A stretch of 64,000 nucleotides of DNA from the IMG/VR virus record IMGVR_UViG_648276708_000003; one strand, given 5' to 3'. Shown here one piece after another: positions 56,356 through 64,000 of this stretch. The notes beneath the pieces were generated by a model. It saw only the letters and a list, made by a program, of their open reading frames with translations, had not been told where the DNA came from and ran no database searches. The translations under genes and the position numbers were made by a program. The stretch is from a virus. Position 1 is the first letter of the stretch, and each line of letters starts with the position of its first letter.

Positions 56356-56544
56356 TCAGTTTAGGGTATTCGATTTAGCTATGTAGGCGTCAAATGCGCG
56401 CAACATCGCAGGCAATCCGCACAAGGTCGCGACAGTTGCCAGCGCCAGTAATGCAAAGAAAAGCGTCATTAAAATAAAAGCAAAGTTTGCTGTGTCAGTC
56501 ATATCCGTACAACTCCAAGCCAGAAAAAAGTTAACGCATTTCAT
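56356..56544 (-). CDS. Small TM protein
   Basis: Hydrophobic helix; start uncertain. Confidence 0.35.
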   Translation of the reverse strand: MKCVNFFLAWSCTDMTDTANFAFILMTLFFALLALATVATLCGLPAMLRAFDAYIAKSNTLN

Positions 56545-56693
56545 TAATTTATGCGTTTTCGGTTTTTTCTGATTGTAGGCACACTCTAAGAAGCGATCAA
56601 GAAGTGATCAGCACTACTACTAAAAGTAGTGGCACTAATCACTCTGAAATTACACTTAAGTTAAATTGCTGATAATTAGGTACTTATCTCAAA

Positions 56694-57959
56694 TTATTTC
56701 ATCTTTACGATGGGTAGCTCTTCCCAGCGCGTCAGATAGCGCGGAGATAACATTTCCCGCTTCATCTGGTAGGCCGGATTGACACCCTGACCGGCAATAA
56801 ACAGTGTGCCGCGCTGGTAGCTATTCAGCTTGTCCATCACGGCCATCAGCTTATCGCTGCCAGGGCGCGGCGGTGACTCGTCAAAGAGATTCAGTTGCTG
56901 CTCTGAGCCGCAGAACTCCCCAAGCATCACTCCGGCCTTCGCATACTCATAGCCGTCCCGCCAGATAGCTCTGAGGCCACGCACGGCGGCATCAATCAGA
57001 TCGCGGGTATCCTGTGTGGCCGTCGTAAACGAATGGCTGGCGCCGCGTGAATAATACGGGCGGCGCGGATCGTGTTTGCTGGTCTGGATAAATACCGTGA
57101 TATTCCGGCAGTACTGCTTTTCACGCCGCAGCTTTTCACCGGCGCTGGTGGCAAAGAAGCACACGGCGTTACTCACTTCATCCAGGCTGGTGAGGCGTTT
57201 GCCGAACGAACGGCTTACCACCAGCTGCTGCTTAGTCGGCGGGTTCTCTTCGAGCTCAAAGCAGCGTTCACCGCGCAGCTCCCGCACGGTGCGCTCCAGC
57301 ATCACATTGAAGTTTTTGCGGATCATGGTTGTGTCAGCGCGGGCCAGGTCGAGCATCGTCCTGATGTTCATCAGCTGCAGCCTGGCCCCTATCTTTCTGC
57401 CGACACCCCACGTCTCGGAGACGTCGAGCAGTGATAGCAGCTTGTCGCGCCGTTTCGGGTCGGTCAGCACCACCACGCCGCCTGTTTTAGGCCAGGTCTT
57501 TGCTGCGTGCGTGGCTACCTTACAGAGCGTCTTCGTCTCGGCTATCCCTATGCCACACTTCATCGTGGTGTGCTGGATAACGGTGCGCCGGATCTCTTCT
57601 CCGAATGTTTGGAAGTCCACCAGCTTTTCCATGCCGTCCAGAGAACCAAACACTTCGTCGATCGAGTACGCTTCCAGGTTCGGGACATACTCGCCCACTA
57701 TCGTATGGAAACGCTTACTGAATGCGTCATACAGCGTGTAGTTACTGCTGAACACCACTACGCCGTAGCGCCGGATGGTATCGCGGATTTTAAACAGCGG
57801 ATCGCCCCGCTTCAGGCCTACGTTTTTCGCCTCGCGATTCAGCGCCGCAATACAGCCGTCATTGTTGGTCGCCACCACGACAGGACGCCCGTACAGGTCC
57901 GGCCTGAATGCCAGCTCGGCCGACACGTAGAAGGCGTTAACGTCACTGTGCAGGAACAT
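56694..57959 (-). CDS. umuC: Y-family DNA polymerase V UmuC (copy 2)
   Basis: D.NAFY.S.E, NNDGC, YSIDE, MKREMLSPRYLTRW. Confidence 0.93.
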   Translation of the reverse strand: MFLHSDVNAFYVSAELAFRPDLYGRPVVVATNNDGCIAALNREAKNVGLKRGDPLFKIRDTIRRYGVVVFSSNYTLYDAFSKRFHTIVGEYVPNLEAYSIDEVFGSLDGMEKLVDFQTFGEEIRRTVIQHTTMKCGIGIAETKTLCKVATHAAKTWPKTGGVVVLTDPKRRDKLLSLLDVSETWGVGRKIGARLQLMNIRTMLDLARADTTMIRKNFNVMLERTVRELRGERCFELEENPPTKQQLVVSRSFGKRLTSLDEVSNAVCFFATSAGEKLRREKQYCRNITVFIQTSKHDPRRPYYSRGASHSFTTATQDTRDLIDAAVRGLRAIWRDGYEYAKAGVMLGEFCGSEQQLNLFDESPPRPGSDKLMAVMDKLNSYQRGTLFIAGQGVNPAYQMKREMLSPRYLTRWEELPIVKMK

Positions 57960-58383
57960 TGTCAGTACGGTGGATGACGTATGTCACCACCCCCCATATT
58001 TCCAGACCATCAGGCTCGACAGGGATCGGCTTAAAGCGCGGGTTCATGGCCAGCAGCATCGGCACCGGCCTCAGCTGCAGCTTTTTTACCGTAAATTCCC
58101 CGTCCACAGAGGCAATCACGATCTGGCCGTCTGCCGCCGCCTTCGATTTATCCACCACCAGCAGATCGCCGTCAAAAATACCGGCCCCGATCATCGACTC
58201 ACCCTCGCAGCGCACAAAGTAAGTGGCCGTTTTGGCCCTGACGCAATACTCGTTCAGGTCCAGCGGAGTGTCTTCGTACCCGATGGCCGGAGACGGAAAG
58301 CCCGCTGCTACCGTTTCAAGAAACTGCCTGAAAGCCTGTCTGGGCGCGGCTTCGTCAGGTATTGCTATTATCTCTAAGCGCAT
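57943..58383 (-). CDS. umuD: UmuD, full-length self-cleaving form
   Basis: VAAGFPSPA cleavage site, GESM Ser, TVKKL Lys. Confidence 0.92.
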   Translation of the reverse strand: MRLEIIAIPDEAAPRQAFRQFLETVAAGFPSPAIGYEDTPLDLNEYCVRAKTATYFVRCEGESMIGAGIFDGDLLVVDKSKAAADGQIVIASVDGEFTVKKLQLRPVPMLLAMNPRFKPIPVEPDGLEIWGVVTYVIHRTDNVPAQ

Positions 58384-58401
58384 AATTCCCCCTCCTTTTA
58401 A

Positions 58402-58417
58402 CTGTATAAAAATACAG
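58402..58417. promoter_or_regulatory. LexA (SOS) box
   Basis: CTGTATAAAAATACAG upstream of umuD. Confidence 0.88.
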
Positions 58418-58473
58418 TATAAGATTAAGGATATGGAATTGACCAGTGGGCGATTTCATATAAGAATAAGCAC

Positions 58474-58493
58474 ATTCTAAAATTTTAATAATT
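58474..58493 (+). promoter_or_regulatory. Candidate C1-like operator
   Basis: ATTCTAA-AATTTTAA-TAATT directly before small ORF. Confidence 0.5.
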
Positions 58494-58501
58494 TACTCAC
58501 T

Positions 58502-58717
58502 ATGAATTTAGGCTTGAAGCAGATCGAACTGGATAAGATGCGCGGCATCTGGAAGGCAAAAGGGTTTATAGAAGCAGGCAGAACCGAACCACTGCGCATC
58601 AACCGCACTGACTGCTACATCACGTTTCAGCGTAAAAACTGGGTGTGCAAAGACCTGAATGGGAACACGATAGACAGTAGAGCAATGCTTTATGCTCTAC
58701 TAAAAAATAATATTTGA
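58502..58717 (+). CDS. Small hypothetical protein
   Basis: 71 aa followed by terminator-like hairpin. Confidence 0.55.
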   Translation: MNLGLKQIELDKMRGIWKAKGFIEAGRTEPLRINRTDCYITFQRKNWVCKDLNGNTIDSRAMLYALLKNNI

Positions 58718-58825
58718 TCGACTAGAGGCCGCTGCGAAGCAGCTTTTTTTATGCTGGTGGCCTGGATCACAGAGTGCGGCAAACGTTGGTCGGTTCATGG
58801 CTGGGCCGGACCCGTTCTGCGGTCA

Positions 58826-59048
58826 TTAGTCTATTCATGGTAAGCGTTAGTCTATTCATGGTATTCATTGCCATAGAACGCTAAACGTTAGTCTATTCAT
58901 GGTGTGCCAGGTGTCTCACCCGCATGACGCTTAAAATTGCAGCTATTTCCCAACATTTACCATGAATAGACTAATGCCGCCCATGAATCACCTAACGTTA
59001 TGCGCGCTCTACCGGTTTTCACCTAACGTTCACCATGAATCACCTAAC
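58826..59048. repeat. incA-type copy-control iterons
   Basis: Three inverted (58826, 58846, 58887) and three direct (58960, 58981, 59033) copies of CCATGAATMRMCTAAC. Confidence 0.88.
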
Positions 59049-59049
59049 G

Positions 59050-59934
59050 TCAATCGGCTGGTAACAGTTCCGGGCGACGCGAGTGGATCTGGAAGTACAC
59101 CACCCCGTCTTTCTTCACTTCTGAGTAGGTCAGATAGCCTATCTTCTGTAGCTCCTTCATAGCGTTTCTCACCGCCAAATTTTGCGCACTGATACTGGAT
59201 GTCAGATTAAGCCGCTCACGTAATCGCTCCAGTGATATCTGTATGAATCCATTTGGCATACTTTCGATATATACATACAGAGCTTGAGCTGATTCCTTGC
59301 GTGGTAATGCCTGTATGGCCTTAAGCTGCAACAAGACTTTATGATCAAACGCATATAGCTCCCATAGCCTGGAGTCGCCCTCCAGCGAGATAACGTCTCT
59401 CTCAATGTCGAACGTAGCGCTCTGCAGTAAGTGGGTAATAGTGCCTTTGCTGCCGTCTTTGTTTTTGAATGAAATTACAATGGATGCAATGCGGCTAAGT
59501 GACGCAAAAAAACGATCACGCGCACGCTGGTTGATGTCATCAACAGCGATGCCCGTCAATTTGGCAAATTCAGTAAAAGGCAACTCGATTCGATTGGAGT
59601 GGTCGCCATATTTAGAGAACGCCCGAATAGCTCCTATCCACGTCTTGAAGTCTGTACTCATATCAAGGCGACTACCGCGGATGTTGATGTTGGTATAGCC
59701 CTCCGCCTTAGCTATTTCGAGCTCGCGCAAGTCTTCCGAAGCGTCAATATTGGAGTTTCCACGTCCGGATATGGGCTTATTTTTGGCCGATGGGACAAAG
59801 ACTCCTAAGCGCATCAATGCTATTGGCTGGACGGTTCGATTAGCCGTTGGTGTCAGTGTATAAGTCTTCCCTTCTTCACCACCAACAAATGATAAGGCAT
59901 CACTTATTGTCTTGATTTGATTACCATTTCCCAT
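59050..59934 (-). CDS. repA: Plasmid replication initiator RepA (P1/RepFIB-like)
   Basis: TVQPIALMRLGVFVP, LEIAKAEGY, RLDM.TDFKTWIG, AQALY.YIES. Confidence 0.93.
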   Translation of the reverse strand: MGNGNQIKTISDALSFVGGEEGKTYTLTPTANRTVQPIALMRLGVFVPSAKNKPISGRGNSNIDASEDLRELEIAKAEGYTNINIRGSRLDMSTDFKTWIGAIRAFSKYGDHSNRIELPFTEFAKLTGIAVDDINQRARDRFFASLSRIASIVISFKNKDGSKGTITHLLQSATFDIERDVISLEGDSRLWELYAFDHKVLLQLKAIQALPRKESAQALYVYIESMPNGFIQISLERLRERLNLTSSISAQNLAVRNAMKELQKIGYLTYSEVKKDGVVYFQIHSRRPELLPAD

Positions 59935-59977
59935 TGATATCGCCTGGTTGTAGTGATGTGAATATTTATGAACGCAG

Positions 59978-60078
59978 CCATGAATAGACTAACACACTAC
60001 CATGAATAAACTAACAATTGCCATGAACAGACTAACATTCAACATGAATAGACTAACTATTACCATGAATAGACTAAC
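59978..60078 (+). repeat. Origin (incC-type) iterons, five copies
   Basis: CCATGAATAGACTAAC at 59978, 60000, 60021, 60042, 60063. Confidence 0.92.
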
Positions 60079-60125
60079 ACTAAGCCCTATTTTTCATATT
60101 AAATTCAATTACTTGAAAGTGAGGT

Positions 60126-60222
60126 GATCTATTAGGATCTATTTATGATCTTTATATGATCGATTTATATGATCTATCCAGTGGATAAGTGGATAACTGA
60201 TTGTCCAGCTCAGTTATCCACA
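60126..60222. other. oriR: five GATC sites in AT-rich tract plus DnaA boxes
   Basis: GATC at 60126, 60136, 60147, 60158, 60171; tandem TTATCCACT (minus) and TTATCCACA (60214). Confidence 0.88.
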
Positions 60223-60232
60223 TTCCCGAACG

Positions 60233-60682
60233 TCATACGGGCTTATTTGGAGCAAAAGCCTCAACCGGTCCCAGCCTTACTGTGCGTCCGAGCTGGTGGA
60301 TCGCATGCTCGACTGATTCCACCTTTGAGGGATGATGCACATCGAGCAGCCGGTCAACCTGCGGTCCTTTCAGATTCATACTGCGCGCCAGGTCTGCTTT
60401 TCGTGTGCCGGTCTCGATCATCGAATTGTGCAAAACAGCCTTCATGGCCACCAGCACCGGCACGCCTACCAGATACTCGCCCTTCTTCGCCTTGCTGGCC
60501 AGCGGCACCATACGGCGCTCGTCCATTTCGATAGAGATTGCCAGAACAACAGCTTCAGCCGCGTTTAGCAGCGCATCCTCCACCGTGTCGCCTACTGAGT
60601 TCAGTAATGGCAGATCACGACATGAAACAACATAAGAGCCGGTTGGTTTGTCGTGCTCCAACTGTACCGGGTATACAAACAT
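60233..60682 (-). CDS. hicB: HicB antitoxin
   Basis: YPV.LE..G.YVVS..DLP..S.GDT.EDAL.NA.EA; C-terminal HTH. Confidence 0.88.
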   Translation of the reverse strand: MFVYPVQLEHDKPTGSYVVSCRDLPLLNSVGDTVEDALLNAAEAVVLAISIEMDERRMVPLASKAKKGEYLVGVPVLVAMKAVLHNSMIETGTRKADLARSMNLKGPQVDRLLDVHHPSKVESVEHAIHQLGRTVRLGPVEAFAPNKPV

Positions 60683-60718
60683 GGTTTTCTCCTGCAGCAG
60701 ATACGAAAAAGGTGGGGC

Positions 60719-60901
60719 CTAAAGCCCCAAATCCTTAATTATTTTCTTCCGTAGAGGCTCTGGTATCTCCTTCGCCCCGTGGAAAGGAACAATGCTTATA
60801 CGGCCATTGTACCTCGCTTTAAAGTGGCTGCTTCCACCAGGGGATTTCGTTAACTCTACCCCCATGCTGAGTAACCACCTGCGAAACTCGCTGTACTTCA
60901 T
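60719..60901 (-). CDS. hicA: HicA toxin
   Basis: MKYSEF.RWL..G..GGSSH.K..Y.G..SIVP.HG.KEI. Confidence 0.9.
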   Translation of the reverse strand: MKYSEFRRWLLSMGVELTKSPGGSSHFKARYNGRISIVPFHGAKEIPEPLRKKIIKDLGL

Positions 60902-61052
60902 TTCGCTCCTTGCTTTCTGTGGCTGTGCGCCACGAAAAGAATATTAACACACACGTTAACAAAAACAACATGTATGTTATATATTTTTCGGGTATTCGAT
61001 TTCTCCAGTGGTCAATTCCAAATTGCTTTACAGCGAGGCAAAGGTGATCAAC

Positions 61053-61074
61053 AATCTAAAAAATAATTTAGATT
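61053..61074. promoter_or_regulatory. Palindromic C1-like operator upstream of ref
   Basis: AATCTAA-AAAATAAT-TTAGATT; P1 ref is C1-controlled. Confidence 0.65.
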
Positions 61075-61084
61075 TGGTTAAATC

Positions 61085-61753
61085 ATGGAAAAGGCAGATT
61101 TTCAGGCCGCACGGGATAAGCAGGCAAAAGCACAGCAGCGTCAGCGTGAAAAACACGCAGCAAAACTGGCAGACCCGGAGTTTCGGCAGCAGCAGTATGC
61201 AAAGCAAAAGGCCACCAGCAGCAGGAAGATTGCCAGGCAGATTGAAAAGCGTAATTCCCCTGAATGGATCGCAGAGCAAAGAGCCAAAGCAGTGAAACGC
61301 GCTGTAAGCGCCTCTGAGCGCCTGAAAGAGAAAAAACCATCACCTGTAGCAGCGAAACGGCAAACACGCGCCAGCGCGTCAGGCAGAGGCCTTAAAGGAC
61401 GCACCCCGACCGCAGCCGAGCGCGTAGTAATGGATGCACTGGGGAAACTGCCCTGCATTGCCTGCCTACAACACGGGAAAGAATCGCCGCTAATCAGCCT
61501 GCATCACATCGAGGGCCGGACGAAAACCGGCGCACACTTCCTGCAACTCCCCCTTTGCGATCATCACCACCAGCACGCCGCACCGGCGACGATCCGTGCA
61601 CAGTTCCCCTGGCTCGTGCCTGTACACGCGGACGGTATTACGGGGGGCAAGGCAGAGTTTTCTCGGCATAACGGTACTGAAAAGGATTTGATGATTAAGG
61701 CCTATAAATTAGCCGATTTGAATGTAGATTTAATTTACCTCATGCAAAAGTAA
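61085..61753 (+). CDS. ref: Ref recombination-enhancement HNH nuclease
   Basis: GRTPT..E...L.CIAC, LHHI.GRTK.GAH..LPLC.HHHQ, PVHA.G..GGK. Confidence 0.9.
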   Translation: MEKADFQAARDKQAKAQQRQREKHAAKLADPEFRQQQYAKQKATSSRKIARQIEKRNSPEWIAEQRAKAVKRAVSASERLKEKKPSPVAAKRQTRASASGRGLKGRTPTAAERVVMDALGKLPCIACLQHGKESPLISLHHIEGRTKTGAHFLQLPLCDHHHQHAAPATIRAQFPWLVPVHADGITGGKAEFSRHNGTEKDLMIKAYKLADLNVDLIYLMQK

Positions 61754-61802
61754 AATACATAAGATAAACTTCATTATTACAATTAAATGCGTTTAAAGGA
61801 AA

Positions 61803-62717
61803 ATGCAAATGCTCAGTTCAAGTGACAGACATATAGAGATGCAGGAAGAGGCAGCTAAGAAAAGTTGGATTAATATTCATGCTGGAAAAGAAATAGAAGA
61901 ATATAGTGATGAATGGGAATATTGGGAAAATCAATATTATTCTCGTCCTGATGAAGAAGATTATGATGATGGTGACGATTATATAAATGACGTATTGACT
62001 GAAGAATACTTTAGCCATCAAAAAAACTTTGATGATTCATTTACTGATGATTCATTTACTGATGAAGAAATAGAAGAAAGATTTAAATTTCAGGATCAGC
62101 AAGATCGGGTTGCTAAGTATACAAAACACAGAAAGCCATACAAAGATTTTTTGGCTCAGATGAAGGAGCTTGAAGAACTTGCCAGTGGCCACAACGATCA
62201 GAATAGTAAGATTTTATTAAAAATCAGAATGAGCTATACGGTCGGCCTTATGGAAACTTGTTTAGGAGAAATGCTGAGAGCAGCAGCGTTTGCTAAGGAC
62301 GATTTCAAAAATAACGCGGCTAAGAATCTCAAGGGCGTTAAGGATACAAAAATTGAAGCCCAACACATTTTCAATAATCAGGGTCGGGAAATTTTAGAAG
62401 CCAGAATTTTTAACACCCTGAATAGTTTGCTATACCATAGAATTTTAGATGTTTTTCATTACTATACTGCTGTGTTTGGTAGTAATAAATTCGGTATACC
62501 TAAAGCCGATAGGGCAAACCTATTTAAAGCTGTAAATATGCGCCATGCCATAACTCACCGAAATGGCAAGGACAAAGAGGGTAAAGAATTAGATATTGAT
62601 AAAGAAATTGTTGAAGAATACATTAAAAGTATTAGCGTTTTTGTAGAGTGTATGTTTGTATTTATTGAAGAAAGCCTCCGCAAAAACGACTCATTTGAGC
62701 CTGATGATATTGAGTAG
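61803..62717 (+). CDS. Low-GC protein with acidic N-terminus and HEPN-like C-terminus
   Basis: MRHAITHRNG (R-x4-H) motif; Y.V...E..L..helix. Confidence 0.65.
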   Translation: MQMLSSSDRHIEMQEEAAKKSWINIHAGKEIEEYSDEWEYWENQYYSRPDEEDYDDGDDYINDVLTEEYFSHQKNFDDSFTDDSFTDEEIEERFKFQDQQDRVAKYTKHRKPYKDFLAQMKELEELASGHNDQNSKILLKIRMSYTVGLMETCLGEMLRAAAFAKDDFKNNAAKNLKGVKDTKIEAQHIFNNQGREILEARIFNTLNSLLYHRILDVFHYYTAVFGSNKFGIPKADRANLFKAVNMRHAITHRNGKDKEGKELDIDKEIVEEYIKSISVFVECMFVFIEESLRKNDSFEPDDIE

Positions 62718-62799
62718 CATGGAGATAAAACTGGCTTTTTTCTTGAGTTAGTTACAGGCTCGATGGGTGGTTAAAAAAATGTTTGACAACTAACTATAC

Positions 62800-62820
62800 A
62801 AAGTACAAACCGCTTACAGT
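62800..62820 (+). promoter_or_regulatory. Candidate late promoter (gene 26/25 operon)
   Basis: AAAGTACAAACCGCTTACAGT, 17/21 to the endolysin copy. Confidence 0.5.
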
Positions 62821-62949
62821 CTCCCCAAGCTGTTAGCGGTTCCCTGATGGAATTTTTGACAACTTACCTAATCTGCAACGCGCGGTTGGGAACGTTAAAA
62901 GCCAGAGAGGCCGCTATATGCGGCCTTTCGCCTTTTCAGGGGTACAGAC

Positions 62950-63603
62950 GTGAAACAGAAAATTGCAGTAATCAGCCTTTCCACCAGCCAGCCGATGGCA
63001 ATCACCGCCATTTACGAAGAGCACACGCTCGTTATGTCAAAGCCGCAGACGCTGCCAAAGGGCATGCGAAAGCAGCTGATCAAACTCGCCCCTTTCGTTG
63101 AGGCACTGCGTAAGCAGGGCTTTAAAGTGCTGGTGGATGAAGCCACCGGCAAAGTGGCAAACGAGGTAGGCGGCAACCATATCTCTCTCAAAACACGGGG
63201 AAGCGACGGGCGCGCTGCCGTGCTCACCGGCATTGAGCGTTACAACGAGCTCATGCTGCAGGACAACATTGCGCTGCCAGCAGAGAACAAGGGCGCATTT
63301 GAGATCCCCGATTCCATTGTTGAAGTGGAGTACAACGCCAGCGGTGAAGAGGTTTATCGGATCAACTGGCGCGAGATACGCCCGGAGCAGGTACTGACCA
63401 TTCTGTGCTGCTTCGCCGTAGGCTACAACAACGTGGCTTCTGCGGACTATATCAACGCCATGACCGCCGCGACCGCCGAGCAGGAGCCGTCCCTTATGGA
63501 CTCGCTTAAACGCATCATCGGCTATGAGAAAATCAAAGCCGCCGAAGCCGTGCCGGAGTCACTGACCGGCAAGCGAATCAGCGATGAGGAGCGCATTCTG
63601 TGA
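62950..63603 (+). CDS. P1-like late-operon hypothetical protein
   Basis: GTG start, overlaps gene 26 start. Confidence 0.7.
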   Translation: MKQKIAVISLSTSQPMAITAIYEEHTLVMSKPQTLPKGMRKQLIKLAPFVEALRKQGFKVLVDEATGKVANEVGGNHISLKTRGSDGRAAVLTGIERYNELMLQDNIALPAENKGAFEIPDSIVEVEYNASGEEVYRINWREIRPEQVLTILCCFAVGYNNVASADYINAMTAATAEQEPSLMDSLKRIIGYEKIKAAEAVPESLTGKRISDEERIL

Positions 63604-63932
63604 GTTACAACCGCCTCGACGATCGCTCAATAAGTGACGTGGTGCTGCGCAGCCTCTTTCACCAAGAGGTGATCAAGCGATCCGCGTCATTTCATGAAGA
63701 CAACCGCGACTACACCATCCGTCTCGATGAGATATTCCGCGCTGACCTGGCGGCATACCGGGCTTATGAAGGTAACGACGATCTGCGCTGGGTATTCCGC
63801 CTACTGTGCGGGATAGAGTCGGAAATGGAACCGCTGCCCGCAGGCCAGACGCTTTCCCTGCCGGACATGGCATGGCTGCGCGGGCGTATACGCGACTTTG
63901 CTGGCGGTAAGCCGGAGTTGATCAGTGGCTGA
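63600..63932 (+). CDS. gp26-like baseplate protein
   Basis: DDR.ISD.VLR, DE.FR.DL.AYR, LRWV, L.LP..W.R match recalled P1 gp26. Confidence 0.8.
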   Translation: MSYNRLDDRSISDVVLRSLFHQEVIKRSASFHEDNRDYTIRLDEIFRADLAAYRAYEGNDDLRWVFRLLCGIESEMEPLPAGQTLSLPDMAWLRGRIRDFAGGKPELISG

Positions 63933-64000
63933 TACTCCGTTTGCCCGCACCCGGTCCGGGCGCTACGACACGGCAGGGCTTTCCTCCAAAGAGTTCTCCC
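63925..64000 (+). CDS. gp25-like tail protein (truncated by window end)
   Basis: R.R.GRYDT.GLSSKEFS resembles recalled N-terminus of P1 gp25. Confidence 0.55.
   Translation, partial: MADTPFARTRSGRYDTAGLSSKEFS

Noticed and set aside
58826-60078. Short repeats as a CRISPR array
   Set aside because: 21-22-bp period with no unique spacers, flanking repA: these are iterons

Overview
About 64 kb of a P1-like (Punavirus-related) phage-plasmid. The host is probably Pantoea or a relative, since the Cre-family recombinase has a site nearly identical to pox of Panto. Recognisable P1-type modules: tail fibre/assembly, lydAB-hdf-darA-ddrA-ddrB, endolysin, repL, pro, prt, darB-ulx, lpa, pacAB with a TGATCA pac array, c1, lox/cre, repA with incA/incC iterons and oriR, ref, genes 26/25. 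Departures from P1 as I recall it: a four-gene cassette array (GNAT, GNAT, VOC, RES) delimited by paired 24-nt palindromes; a C4 antisense module driving a Tad2/DUF2829-like gene instead of icd-ant; two more DUF2829-like domains; ParM/ParR-type partitioning; two umuDC modules (one pre-processed and protease-dead); HicAB; an orphan PemK-like toxin followed by two antitoxin fragments lacking DNA-binding domains; an RNAP alpha-CTD-like domain on a coiled-coil protein; and a 1.1-kb ORF-poor structured region with tRNA-like elements. Three recurrent cis-motifs (candidate C1 operator, late promoter, one unexplained 15-mer) were derived by eye. All homology calls are by motif recognition and recalled sequences, not database searches.
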